Source: Guillardia theta CCMP2712 (Eukaryota; Protista; Cryptophyta). From it: a stretch of DNA of 64,000 bases. The notes beneath the pieces are model-generated. The model did no database searches. It was not told where the DNA came from and was given only the letters and a program-made list of their open reading frames with translations. This document shows, piece by piece, positions 1 to 13,067 of this stretch. The stretch spans positions 273,295-337,294 of the forward strand of contig NW_005434627.1 in the NCBI RefSeq assembly GCF_000315625.1. Direction: 5' to 3'. The translations under genes and the position numbers were made by a program. The stretch's first letter is position 1; each line of letters begins with the position of its first letter.

Positions 1-143
1 GTTACCTTACCTTCCTTCCCTCCTCCTCCCTCCCTCCCCTCCCCTCCCCTCCCCGCCCCTCCCTTCCCCTTCCCCTCACCTCCCCCCCCCCCCTCCCCCG
101 CCCCCTTCCCTTCTTAAACTTCATCCTCATATGGTTTCGGCAG

Positions 144-1548
144 GGGCTCGCACGTGGTTTGAACGAGGACATCCAGATCGTTCGAAAGGTACTTCCGTTG
201 CGCCGGCGTTGCATCACCGTTGACGAGCGTTTCAGTTCCTTGACGCCGGTCTGGAGTTTGCTGTTTGCAGCTCATGCTCGAAGGTAACGAGCTCTCCCCG
301 ATCGTTCTGTCTCTTATCTGCGTCAAGAACTTCGGGCTCTATGGCGAACGTGTCGGCAGCTTTTTGTTGCTTGTGAGACTCCGGAGATTGCATCGTGTGT
401 AGACAGCAGATGCAAGCTGAAGATCAGACACAACTACTCGGTCCTCTACTCTCTACTCCTCCTTTTCTCCCTCCTTCTGCCTCCTTTTCCTTCTCTTCTT
501 CTCCGAGCTCCCACCCCCTACCCGCCAGCCTGTTGTCATCTCTAGGACTCGTCTCTCCTCCTCCTCCTCAATCTCCTTCAATGTGCAAAATCACCTCCTC
601 CTCCCCACCCCCCCTTCTCCATCCTTCGCTCCTCCCTCCTCCTCCTCCTCATCTCATTCCTCCATGCCTTCCAGGTCCCGCCATTGTTCGGAGCAAAGAT
701 CGTCAGCACCATCCTCTCAGGTACCCGATCCTGCCCCTCCTCCCCCTCCTGATCTCGCACAAGATCCCGAGCTGCGCAAGAAATGGGAGCAGGAGCTGGC
801 CGAGACGCGCACAACCCTCAACAGGTTCAAGGGGACTCGGGACGCGGAGGGGGCAGGGAGTTGGGAAGGAGAGAGGAGGTGGTGGGGGAGAGGAAGAAGA
901 GGAGGGGAAGAAGGATAAGAACGCGGGCGTGGAGGCAGTGCAGGATGGGACGGGGCTGAGAGAATGAGGTTCTGACGAGGATACGGCAGGGCTCATGCTG
1001 CGTTCGCTCAGGCGCTATCTAAGGGAGGTCTAGATTCAAAGTTCAGGTGCATCTCCTTTCGAGACTCTCGCCCTCCCTCCCCCCACCGGCGTTTCCTTTC
1101 CTCGTACCCTTGCTCCTTACCCCTGCCCCTCCTCTCTTCCTGCTCTCCCTTTTCCCCTCTACGTCACCGTTGGTATCTGTTACTCCCCTCCTTCCTCCTT
1201 CTCTCCCACCTTCGCCTCCCCTCCCTCTCTCCTCACATTTCTCCAGTGCTCCGAGATTCGGTCTCTTCACCCAACTCTACCTCAACGAGCAGCAGGTGCG
1301 TCCAGCCTCTCCACGACGGTGCTAACGCGGCGCAGGTGCTTTCACTGGAGAAGGATCACGCGTGCTATGTGGCTCCCGGAGGACGAGTCAACGTCTCGTC
1401 CCTAGACGAGCAGGTGAGGGAGGAAGGCAGACTGAAGATAGAGCTTCTCCTCCATCTCTTTCCTGCTGTTGGTGCTGACGGGAACGGTATCTTGCAGGCC
1501 GCGGCAAGTGTAGCAAACGCTGTGGTTCAAGTGTTGAAGAGCACCTGA
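144..1548 (+). CDS. Aspartate/aromatic amino acid aminotransferase (class I, AspC/TyrB type), 3' exons only; 5' part lies upstream of the window
   Basis: Spliced exons read GLARGLNEDIQIVRK / FLDAGLEFAVCSSCSK / NFGLYGERVG (PLP-lysine motif SxSKNFGLYGERVG), PPLFGAKIVSTILS / DPELRKKWEQELAE, GLFTQLYLNEQQ / VLSLEKDHACYVAPGGRVNVSSL / ...VQVLKST*; stop at 1546-1548. Confidence 0.9.
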
Positions 1549-1745
1549 TAGGAGGGGAGGAGATTTCTGATGATTTTTTTTGTGTGTGTTTTTGTTTGAG
1601 AAGCCCAGGATGTCGATAGCGACATGTTTGTGAATAAACTTCGTCTTGCTCCTTCTCTCTTCACGCCTTGCCCTGTCACTTCAAACTAAATTTATGATAT
1701 AAGAACAGGACGATCAGCAATCTCCGCCTCTTCGTCTCTCGCATT

Positions 1746-2651
1746 TCAATATCGGATGCTCTCATACTCCTCCTTCTCACGCAGGAAGCGATCTCGGTCC
1801 TCCTTCGCCTTTTCCTCCCACTTCTCCTTCTCAGAAGGATCCTACACAACCATCACAACCAGGGGCACACATGCGTCACCGTACCAGGTCCTTCCATTTT
1901 TGGCCCAGCTCCCTAAGGATGTCTTTCATTGGCATTTCGGGATTCGCCTGTTCGGAGCGCGTCACCTCCTCCTCCTCCTCTCCCTTCCACTTCGCCTCAG
2001 GCTGGTCTCTACCTCCCCTCTGTCCCCTTCCTGACTCTCTCCCTCCTCCCTGTCCTCTTCCTGTCTCTCTTCCTCATGCTCTCTCACCTTGCGAAGATCC
2101 TCCCTCACACTATGGCACCACAGCATGTATGCGTTCTGACGAGTCGTTAAAGCCAACAAGAGTCAGTAATCGACTTTACCTGTCCCTTCTTCGGCGCGTT
2201 CACATCCTTCACTCGCCTCCTCTTGCCCGTGTACTCAGGCTCGTCGTAGACTCTCCTGTTGCTGCATTGGCGTCATGGCCGGGCCCTTAGCTTCCCCCTC
2301 ATGACTCACTAGTACACGTCGCCGCATTCAGCCTCGTACAGAGCTTTCTTGCCCTTGTACTCTTCGAAACGCTTTGCTGCTTCCTCCTGCCCGCACTGAG
2401 TTAGCAACAGGGGAGAGGAGGAGGTCGCACAAACCTCGAAGGGCTTCTTCTCTTCCTCCGTCAACGCCTTCCACTTCCCCGCGATGACTTTGTTGATCTC
2501 CGTGAAGGCAATTTCTGCCGATACCGTGAGATGCCTGTGCCCTCCTCTTGGCATTCACATCACCAGGGTTGTCCCTCTTCACTTCATCGCGCTTCGCTTC
2601 ACAGAACAGCAGCCATGCCGACATAGGTCGCTTTGGGCGACCACCAGACAT
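1746..2651 (-). CDS. Two-HMG-box protein (HMGB/NHP6-like), multi-exon
   Basis: Box 1: RPKRPMSAWLLFCEAKRDEVKRDNP/EIAFTEINKVIAGKWKALTEEEKKPFE. Box 2: KDVNAPKKGQ/NAYMLWCHSVREDLRK/ANPEMPMKDILRELGQKWKDL/DPSEKEKWEEKAKEDRDRFLREKEEYESIRY*. Confidence 0.9.
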
Positions 2652-4409
2652 CCTCTCAAGACTTCTGCGAGCCCCAGGCCAAGAGGTAAGTTTCGAAGGT
2701 GATAGTGAGAGGTGAGAAGAGAAAGTCGAGTGGTTAGATTGATTATCATACCATCTTGAAACAAAGAATGATGTACCTCTTACACCCTACACATTATCTC
2801 TCTACTACATTCCTGTACTTCTAATTCGCTCGCTTCATTCATGTACTTCTAGTTTGCTCAAATCACTTCCCCATCATCTGGCCATGCTATCACATATTTC
2901 ATTCTGTCCTCCGTCCTCCGTAAAGAATCCCTCCAGTAATTCAACTTCTTGAACCATCCTTCAATATTCAAACAACACGTATCACACCTAACATGTTTCC
3001 TTCCTACTGCCTGCTCGATTTGCACTGACCATAAAAGCCCGCAACTTCTGCATCGTCTGGTAGGCCTCACACCGCACAGCATTGCATCTACTGTCTGCTC
3101 TCATATCCATTTTGCTTCCTCGATCCATCTTGATCCAATGTTCTTCGTAGCCAGTCATAGGTTTTCGCCTCAATCACCAATAAACACTGCTCTCCATATC
3201 CATCCCCTGCTCCTTCAATCCAGCATCTTTCAACATATCCATCGCAACCACCATCATCGTCTCATCCCACTGCCCTATCATCCTCTGCATCTCACGGTTG
3301 CGATCGTTGTCGCCACCGTCTCCAACTCCACCATCGCTGTCGCCTGCTATACCCTGCATATTGGCCGCTGTATTTCCCGCCCACTCGGAACTCAATTTCC
3401 CCACAAGCGTAGAAACGCTGGGGTACGATTGAACTATATTAACTAAACTTAATTATACTAAATTTAGTTTATTACCAAATTTGTACATCAACTTAGCTGC
3501 ATTGTGGTATGAAGGTGGGCGAAATTTGAAATTATTTTTGGAGAAAAGACCCTTGGTGGGAGAAGTCTCAATACATTCATTGGGTGGCGGGGGTGCGATT
3601 CCATGGCAACAATATATTTTCCCCGGGGGGTATCTATTCCTGTAAATTGGTAGATTATCATTAATTTGTGTGAAAAATTGGACAATTTTCTCATATAATT
3701 TTAAAAATTTGAAAAATCTCTCGAAAATATAGCAGTTGTGTGAAAATTTTAACATCCCTGTCCTGGCCCCTAAAAGTCGAAAGGTTGAGGAGGGGTGGGT
3801 ACACACAATATATAGACAGGGGTACTTCAAAATGAGTTGGGGTGGAACGCGGAGTTTCACATACCCCAGGGTGGGTGGTTGATGCGGGGGGGTGGTGGTA
3901 TAGTTGCCAAGGTAGTCCTTGGTCCAGACATTAGCGTTATGTTGTGAAGGTTGTAGAATTCAGAGGTGGTGGGGTAGGGTGTCAAAGCTGAACTGTAAGG
4001 GTAGGTGGGTGTATGATGGGTCAGGTGCTATTTTATAATCAGACAGCGGTGAAAACTTATAAAATTAGCTTGTCATTTGAAATTTTCTGATTATTTTGAA
4101 AATATTTTTTTGACCCTTTACAAGCTTTTGTTTTTCCTAAACCCTCTAAACCCTCTAAACCCCCTCCTTTGTTTGCTCCGGTTTGCCCTTCTTTTTCAGT
4201 CAATAAAGGATAATTTGTTTTTGGGAATGCGCAAGCAGAACAGTGGGATGGAAGAGAGGAGGAGAGGGGGAAGGGGGAGAGGGAAGAGAAGACAAGGGAG
4301 GGAGGGAGTGGTAGGAGGGAGCGTTGCTAGTAGGGTCAGGAGGAGGACGTGGAGGAAGCAGGAGGAGGAGGAATGAGGAGATCAGGGAACGGTGAACATC
4401 TTACAGCGC

Positions 4410-4988
4410 ATGGCGGTAGGAACAGGTGGATGAATCAGGGTCAGGGAAAGAGGAACTGTGAATAAGTCTAGATGCAGCCGCCCACTCACCTCTGTTGTAC
4501 AGGTTCAGGAGTCACTCGTGCGAGCTGGTGATCTTGTTATCATTATGGGTGTGCGAAAGTCTCTTCAGGTACCAATCCTCTCATTTGCTCCTTTGCCAGC
4601 CGCTGAAACACTCCCGCAGCCTTGGGAGATCGTCTTCCTCGTCGTGTTCTGGGGATCATTTACATGGTAACTCCTCTGCTTACCCTCGAAGCACCTGCGA
4701 ATGATGTGCGATCGCGTGCTATGGTGAATCGTGGACATTTGCAGGTACATGAGCCAGTGGGACGGGGAGCTAGTCAACAAGACGTTCTTCTGGCAGTTCG
4801 TCTCGCTCTTCTTCTGGTGTTACAATCACTTAGGTACGCCCCTTGTTGAGTTCGGGGCTCACGTCTGCGGTGACTTGCGCCTGCTGCCGGCAGCTTCCTT
4901 CTTCGGGCTGCTGATGGCTATTGGAGGGCTGTACACAGCAGGGGGGCAGCTGATGGGGGGGATGGGGAGCTCGAAGAAGAGGAGATAG
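4410..4988 (+). CDS. Small hypothetical membrane protein, multi-exon; start uncertain
   Basis: GT-AG-bounded hydrophobic exons PWEIVFLVVFWGSFTW / YMSQWDGELVNKTFFWQFVSLFFWCYNHL / ASFFGLLMAIGGLYTAGG...SSKKRR*. Confidence 0.4.
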
Positions 4989-5264
4989 CACTTGTGCATT
5001 CAATATCAGCATCTTGTCCGATCCCTTTCTTCCCTTCCATGTCAACGCGCGCTCCTCCCCTCCCCAACTTTTCTCAGGCGTCCAATCATCGGGAAACAGG
5101 AGAACGGGGATCCCAAGAAGGGGATGAAGGACAAATGGAATGCTGAAATCGTGCCTGAGTTGGTTTTCTCCTCCTTCAGGCAGTTGTTGCAAAACCTGCC
5201 AAGGTTCTGTTGCTCTTGAACCAGTTCAAAGATGGATGATAATATGCTCTTGACCCGGCCTGAC

Positions 5265-7517
5265 CTATCGGAATCCAAGCAGGCGCTGTTTCTTCTCGGC
5301 AGGCATGATAGCTGGATGACAGGTGTGAGTCATCAGGGGATGGAGAGGGGTAGATGCCAAGGATCATCGAAGGGACAGGATGAGGTGCTGGGAGTGGTGC
5401 TGGGAGTGGGAGTAGTTACCTGATGCAGGCTGTTCTCTCAAGAGCTCCACGAAGCTATTCCACTCATCTTGACATTAAGAAAACATTCGGAAGGAGACAC
5501 GAGACACGAAAAACGTCAGTCATGACATCGGCAGAGGACAAGAGAATTACTGAGGTCCAAGGCCCCGTCTTGGTTCCTGTCCGCTTGTTGGAAGAGAGAT
5601 AGCAGTCTGCATGATGTCAGAGTCGGTCGGTCGCATCCAAACTCGTCACAATGTCTCATCGGGGCGGTAGCCCAGCTGCTGGATGGCTGCGCGTATCTGA
5701 AAGGAAGGAGAGGAGGAGAGTGAGCGGGTGGTGTACAGTGCTGCTTCAGCATTGTTGAGTGTCCTGTCACCTCTGGAAGCTGCAGGATCCCATCACGAGA
5801 AGTGTCAGCGAGGTAGAAGATCAATCTGCTGTTCTGCTGGATCCTCTCTCGCGTGCTGGACTGCGTCCGCTGTCAGACCTGGCGGGCACTGGCAACCAGC
5901 CAGCACACCGCATCCGCCGGCCCGATGGGAAGGAACTTGGCTGAGGACGATCTCGCTTGAGCATACTGCCATCGGTTTGAGTGGAGGAGGAAGCAACTTT
6001 CGACTTGTCAGACCTTCAGCTGGCTGGTGCTTGCCAGGTGCGCGTCGATGAGCGTGTAGGCATCGTAGATGGCGTGCACCCCCGCCGGAACCTGTCAAGG
6101 AGCGTCCAGTCAGACGAACTTGTTCTTCTCACTATCACAGAAGGAAGTCCGGAAGGTCTGACCAGGAAGTTGTATCCTGACAGGATGTAGAGCACGCCGA
6201 ACCAGAGTCCCGTCAGGATCTGAACAGGTTGGAGCATCTCACCATCTCACACCGGCTGCCTCGAAGACGATACGTACCTGTAACGGGACAACAACCGAGT
6301 TGTCTTTCCAGCTCCCGCCGATGGACCAGTGGGCCAGCCCAAACACCAATGAGGATGCCAGCAATCCCAGCAGAACGTTCGGATCTCCAGCCTGTCGGAC
6401 ACAGGTACAAGCTCAACCACAAACGTTTCATCGCCAAGATTGCATACAAGACATGTGCAAACTGAGTACGCAGGACATATTCTACATAGAACATGTTCTA
6501 TCTTCTACCTAGACGATCATGTTCTGCAGGCATGTTCTATACACACGTAGGACAAGACATGCTCTCCACACCTCTCCCAGCCTCTTGGCCAGAATCGGCA
6601 GACCCAGGGCGCGGAAGGACAGTTCTTCGCATAACCCGGTAATTGCACCAAGTACCGACGAGACCCCTGGAGCAAGTTTAGAGGAGCGAACGCTATGTGA
6701 CACGAGTCAACCGAAGGCAAACGGGATGTTCTCCTTGGATCCGAACAACTTGAGCGCAAGTATGTTGGTAGAGAAGTTGATGTCGATGAAAGCCTTCGAC
6801 TCCGACGTAGAGATTTTGTTTCCCAGGAACAAGATCGGGAACGAACCGAGCACGATCAGGATCAGAGGGAGGATGCCGACTCCTGCGTTTCCTAGGGCTG
6901 TGATCGTATCCTCGTACTGAAGTGTCTGGATGGTAAACAGTGATGTCACCCCTAGCAGAGCCTGATTCCTGTCGCATGTTGCAATGAATCCCAACCCTCC
7001 ACCTCCCCCCTCCCCACAAACAAACACCTCAAGAGGCTCCAAGCGAGGAAAAGATTGCCCGACTCCATAACTTCGGCAGAGAAGTACGCTGCCCCCTTCT
7101 CGCTGTCCTCTGGCTGTTATGAGAAGAAGGTGAATGTGACCTTCATAGAGCCTCTCCTCCACAAACCTTCACGTTGCAACGCGCTCCTCCGACCAGCGAG
7201 CGACCACGGCGGATGCGTTTGAAACACGATGGCACCGGAGAGGAACGGGAGCAGCGATTGTTTGCTCTGATCCCTGGAAGATGCTTGCAAGGGGAATGGG
7301 AGAAAGCCGCAGGAGCGAGCAAGAATGCGAGATCCGCGATGTGGAACATTGGTGAGGAGGATGGGGACGAAGGGGATAGGAGAGAGAGAGAAGAGGCCTG
7401 GGAGGACCAGGAGCGTTGGAGGAGGGAGGAAGACAGAGCGGGAGATATGATCGTGCGGGGCGAGGATGAGGGTTTGGCTGGCGAGGCAGCTGCCCAGGAC
7501 GCAGCGGCCAGCACCAT
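5265..7517 (-). CDS. CPBP/Abi (type II CAAX protease-like) intramembrane metalloprotease with two C-terminal EF-hands; probable N-terminal targeting peptide
   Basis: Exons give GLCEELSFRALG (EExxxR), SSLVFGLAHW (FxxxH), VPAGVHAIYD (HxxxD), several TM segments, and EF loops DTSRDGILQLPE and DRNQDGALDLNE. Probable last exon AIMPAEKKQRLLGFR*. The N-terminus is Ser/Arg-rich. Confidence 0.82.
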
Positions 7518-8505
7518 GGCGTGTGGGTACAAAATGAGGGAGGTGCAAGGGGTGGTATAATCGGGCTAAATGACGAGTTTAGGGGGTAGGGTACAAATCT
7601 GTATGGGGTGGGTACTGAAGCTGGTATTCAAGGGGTAGGTACTGATTTTGACTGAAAAGTTCTTTGCTAGTCAAACGGCTCAGGATGTATGGCAACCAAC
7701 CGGAGAGAAAGGAGGGAGAGAGGGAGAGAGAGAGGATGGGAGGGAGAGAGGGGAAGGGAGGGGAGGGGAGGGAGTGAGCGAGTGAGCGAGTGAGCGAGTG
7801 AGGGAGAAGAGTGAGCGAGCAAGCGAGCGAGGCAGGGAGGGAGGGGGAGGGAGGGAGGGAGGGAGGGAGGGAGAGGAGGGAGGGAGAGGGGAGGGAGGGA
7901 GGGAGGGAGGGGAGGGAGAGGAGGGAGGGAGAGAGGGGAGGGAGGGGAGGGAGGGAGGGAAGGAAGGGAAGGGAAGGGAGCGGGGTAACGAGGGAAGGAG
8001 AGAAGGAGGGAGGGAAGAAGGGAGCCTGGTTCAGAAAGACAGGCAGGAAGAGAGGCAGGCAGGAAGGAAGCCCGGGCGGCAGGGAGACACCGCAGGAGCA
8101 GCAGGAATGGCAGGCACTAAAGCCGAGCGAGGAAGGCATGGAATTCAGGGAGCGAGGGAGGTCAAGGTGACAGGAGAAAGTGGAACGGGATAGATGTAGA
8201 AAGGAGGACAGTGACTGGAGGGGTAGGAGAGTGCAGACTTGCATTGTCTAGCTGCATGAAATGAGAAAATCTGGCGATATCGATCCTTGATCAGATCTGT
8301 TTTCTGCTTGAGTCGTTTGCATTCGTTAACATCATCGTGACAGATCGTTTTCTGTTGTTTGCGATCGCTGAAGGATTCCGACTAATCACGTTGCGTACGC
8401 AAATTCCTGCAGAGCTATAGTTTGATTCCCCTGCGTTCAACTTATATGACTCGACTCTGCGCTGGTTGAAGCAGAGACTAAGGGGCTATCAATTTGTTTG
8501 TTGCC

Positions 8506-10434
8506 ATGAACATCTACAAGACAAGTCAGTGATTGATCCAGCCTCCTTTCCAACTATCCCTCGTAACTTGCAGTTTCTTCAGAGCGTGACAGCGATCCGC
8601 TGAGGAGGAGGCCCAAAAGTGCTTCTCTACACGCCTCCGGAGGCGAGCACAAGGTGAGGAAGAAGGCGCTCGATGCTGACGGCGGAGGCTGATGGTGACG
8701 TGAGAAGAGCCTGCGGCCGATCTCTGCCGGCGCGAGGATCTGGAGCGGAGGATGGGTGTTTTCCCGGCATCGGTAGCCTGACTGGAGGTTGTTGGGGGAG
8801 TAGTTTGACGTCAGAGGACGTAGATGCTTGTTCGGGGATATGCAGGTGAAGACTCCACGGGAGGTGGACGAGGGTGGGGAGTGAAGAATTTGACGTGCGG
8901 CCGTTGAGATTGTCGCAGCTGCGCTGAAGGCCAGGGAGAAGCCGCGGGCACCTGGGATCCCGGCGGACAAGTGGGAGAGAGGAGGAGGAGGAGGAGGAGG
9001 GGATGGGAAGACTGATCAGCATGCTTCAGAAAGTCTGTGCGACCAAGACCTTGGCTGAGGCCGCAGACTGTATGAGATGAAGGAAGACGCGGGGAGAGAT
9101 ACTGATGAAGTGCAGGCGCCTTTGGGAGGGAAATCGTTGGAGGGTGATCAGGTGAATGAGGAGAGAGGCAGGAGGGATAGGACAGCAGGACAGAGGAGAG
9201 GTCGGCATGGGAGAGGCAAGGCAAGTCAAGGCAAGAAGAGGGAAGGGAAGGGGAGGGAGAAGAGGGGAGAGGGAGAGAGGGGGGAGGGGGAGGGAAAGGG
9301 AGGGATGGGGAAGGGGGGAGAGGGGAGGGGAGGGGGAAGAGGGGAGGGGAGGGGAGGGAAAGGGGATTGAAAGGAAGGGGGAGGGAGAAGAGGATTCTTG
9401 ACAGGATGCTCAGCCAAGAAGGGCCGCGAGTGCAACGAAACGAGTCAGTTACGCCTTCAGCGACCCGGACAAGAGCTCGCAAGAGCAGAAAACCTTGACG
9501 GTAGAAGTTGAAGACGCGACAGACCTCTCCCTCTCCCTCAACGGCAAGACTACAAGGGAGGACCTTGACATCGCTCCAGGTGCAGCGGAGGGAAGACGCT
9601 ATGATTCCTGACGACGCCTGCTGCACCTGCTTCAGATGTAGTGGAGACTGTGGAGACAACAAAGTCGAATGTCATATCCTTCGACGACCTTGAGACCAAG
9701 AGCAAGCAGCCATCGTTGCTCATGAAGAAAAGTTTCACGCTCAACGACCTCGTTCGCAAGACGAGGAATGTAATGTCCGCCAGGAAGCTGATCTCCGACA
9801 AGCCTCAGTCTACATGTCAGTCTGCTGTGCTTCCGTGTTGTCTTGTCCATTAAGACTGCTCCTGCCCTTATAGCCCCGCGAGATCATTACGGTGAAGAAG
9901 CTCCGCACGCGTGGTACTGTAAGATATGCGGGTAAGGAGGTGGGGAACAACAAGAGAAAAAGAGGAGCGGAGCGAAGTGGAGGAGAGCGAAGAGGAGAGG
10001 AGAGGAGAGGAGAGGAGAGGAGAGGAGGGGAGAGGAGAGGAGAGGAGAGGAGAGGAGAGGAGAGGAGAGGAGAGGAGAGGAGAGGAGAGAAGAGCGAGCA
10101 AATCTGTTCGGTGTACATGATAGTTAAATGGCTCTCGTGTTTTGACCAGAATCATGCCGGACTTCTGATTGTATTGCTCGCAGTCAAAACGGCTCCAAGG
10201 TGAAATGGTGGTGCCGGGAATGCCGGGCGCATCTCCATACGAGCTGTTTTGCTTCTTGGCATGAGATCTTGGAGGAGAGGAAAGAAGCGGAGGAGAGGTG
10301 AGGAGAAGAAGAGAAATTGATGACAAGACCGAGATGAGCATGTTTGATGGAGAGGACGACGAAGACGAGGAGGGAGGGGGGAGGGAGAGTGATAGGGAAA
10401 TCAGACAAGAGATGAAAATGAGGCAAGAGAAAAG

Positions 10435-10477
<43 letters not shown>

Positions 10478-12874
10478 GAGGATGAAATCAAGTTTTAACA
10501 TATCGGCAGCGTGTGGGAGGCGAGTATTCCTCATCGTCATAGTCAGACATCTTATGACAATATCTTCGTCGGTAACAATCAGCAAACTTCCTATCGCCTC
10601 CTCCCTGATATCAACCCCGACACAGGCGGGCAGTTGAGCTACGGGAAGACGCCACGAGCGATCCGACGATATGGTGAGACATGTTGCTATGATGCCATGA
10701 GCGCGCGTGAAAGAAGCTGAGCTCTCTGCGAACAGAGCAAATGGAGCTGAACAAGTCACCGTGGAAGCTTCCAGTGGATGAGAGCTCGCTACTCGGTAAG
10801 GAGCTGTGAAGAGTTAGCAAGGAGCTGACTGTAGGGAAACCATGCAAGATACGCCGAATGTGAACAAGGAGACTGTTTCGCTGGTGAACGCGCACATGAG
10901 AGTTATGGTGACTTGTGCTGATTGCTCTCTTGTTTGACAAGCTGATGTGTTTTTAAGCAGCACAACAATGTGGTGTCGACCAAGACCATGAAAGGGAAGT
11001 TTCTTGAAGAAGGAGATCTCGACGGAGCTCCGCAGGTGAGATCTGAGGGAAGTGAAGTGTTAGTACACGTCATTGCCATGACGTTTGAATCATGTTACAT
11101 ATAGATAAATTGTTGATATGCAACGATGGTGTTGACGTTGATTGACATGCACCGGCAGGAGAAAGACGAGGAGAAGAAGGATGATATGTGAGATACTCAT
11201 ATTCGTTTTCCTCCTCCTCCTCCACTATCACCACCACCCTACAATATCCTCCTCCTCCCTCTCCCTCCCCTCCTTCTCCCTCCTCCTCCCTCTCCTCCTC
11301 CTCCCTCTCCTCCTCCTCCTATGACAAGAATGAGCAGAGTGGAGCTGGAATCGTCTCAATCAGAGTGGGACAACATAGTCAGGACGCCGTCAGTCGCGAC
11401 AGACATTCTGGGCGACACAACTGACCTCAAGGACTTCTCGAGAAGGTTTGCGGTGGGATGATGAAAGCGGCATTGTCCATGATTTTCCTTGCAGCTCAGT
11501 GACTGTCATTGCGCGTGTGACAACTGTCATGAAGAGATTGAGGGGTGAGCGAATCTCAACTCGCTGTGATGTGATGAAGCTTTCAGTCAAGTTCTTGTGG
11601 TGTCTTGTTTGTTGTTTGACATGACTCTACCCCTTCGTCTCCAACCTTGTCATCTCCTCCCTATCAAACTCTTCCCATCGCCTTCATGTTGTTTTATACA
11701 TCCAGTTCCTTTTCTCGTCTTCAAGGCCTCTACTAACACCAACTCCTGCTCCTGCTGCACTTCCCTTCTCTTCCTGCTGCTGCTGCTGCTCCTCCTCCTC
11801 CTNNNNNNNNNNNNNNNNNNNNNNNNNNNNNNNNNNNNNNNNNNNNNNNNNNNNNNNNNNNNNNNNNNNNNNNNNNNNNNNNNNNNNNNNNNNNNNNNNN
11901 NNNNNNNNNNNNNNNNNNNNNNNNNNNNNNNNNNNNNNNNNNNNNNNNNNNNNNNNNNNNNNNNNNNNNNNNNNNNNNNNNNNNNNNNNNNNNNNNNNNN
12001 NNNNNNNNNNNNNNNNNNNNNNNNNNNNNNNNNNNNNNNNNNNNNNNNNNNNNNNNNNNNNNNNNNNNNNNNNNNNNNNNNNNNNNNNNNNNNNNNNNNN
12101 NNNNNNNNNNNNNNNNNNNNNNNNNNNNNNNNNNNNNNNNNNNNNNNNNNNNNNNNNNNNNNNNNNNNNNNNNNNNNNNNNNNNNNNNNNNNNNNNNNNN
12201 NNNNNNNNNNNNNNNNNNNNNNNNNNNNNNNNNNNNNNNNNNNNNNNNNNNNNNNNNNNNNNNNNNNNNNNNNNNNNNNNNNNNNNNNNNNNNNNNNNNN
12301 NNNNNNNNNNNNNNNNNNNNNNNNNNNNNNNNNNNNNNNNNNNNNNNNNNNNNNNNNNNNNNNNNNNNNNNNNNNNNNNNNNNNNNNNNNNNNNNNNNNN
12401 NNNNNNNNNNNNNNNNNNNNNNNNNNNNNNNNNNNNNNNNNNNNNNNNNNNNNNNNNNNNNNNNNNNNNNNNNNNNNNNNNNNNNNNNNNNNNNNNNNNN
12501 NNNNNNNNNNNNNNNNNNNNNNNNNNNNNNNNNNNNNNNNNNNNNNNNNNNNNNNNNNNNNNNNNNNNNNNNNNNNNNNNNNNNNNNNNNNNNNNNNNNN
12601 NNNNNNNNNNNNNNNNNNNNNNNNNNNNNNNNNNNNNNNNNNNNNNNNNNNNNNNNNNNNNNNNNNNNNNNNNNNNNNNNNNNGGAGCGAGGGAGCGAGG
12701 GAGGGACAGAGGAAGAGGAGAGGGATCGAGGGAGCGAGGGAGCGAGGGAGGGACAGAGGAAGAGGAGAGGGAGGGATAGAAGGATGGAAAGGGCGAAGAA
12801 GAGGAATAGGCAAAGATGAAGCGAGAAAGGGAGGAGACAGAGCTCAGAAGATAAAAATTGGGCGGGAGGAGGGG

Positions 12875-12952
<78 letters not shown>

Positions 12953-13007
12953 CACGCAGGACCAGAACCAGGACCAGGACCAGGACCAGGACCAGAACCA
13001 GGAGCAG

Positions 13008-13067
<60 letters not shown>

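Noticed and set aside
2858-3420. Possible decayed coding or retroelement remnant on the minus strand
   Set aside because: Short protein-like ORFs in shifting frames but no recognisable RT, integrase or transposase motif
4136-4165. Telomere-like CTAAACCCT repeats
   Set aside because: Only three 9-bp units, not the 7-bp TTTAGGG period; too short to call an interstitial telomere
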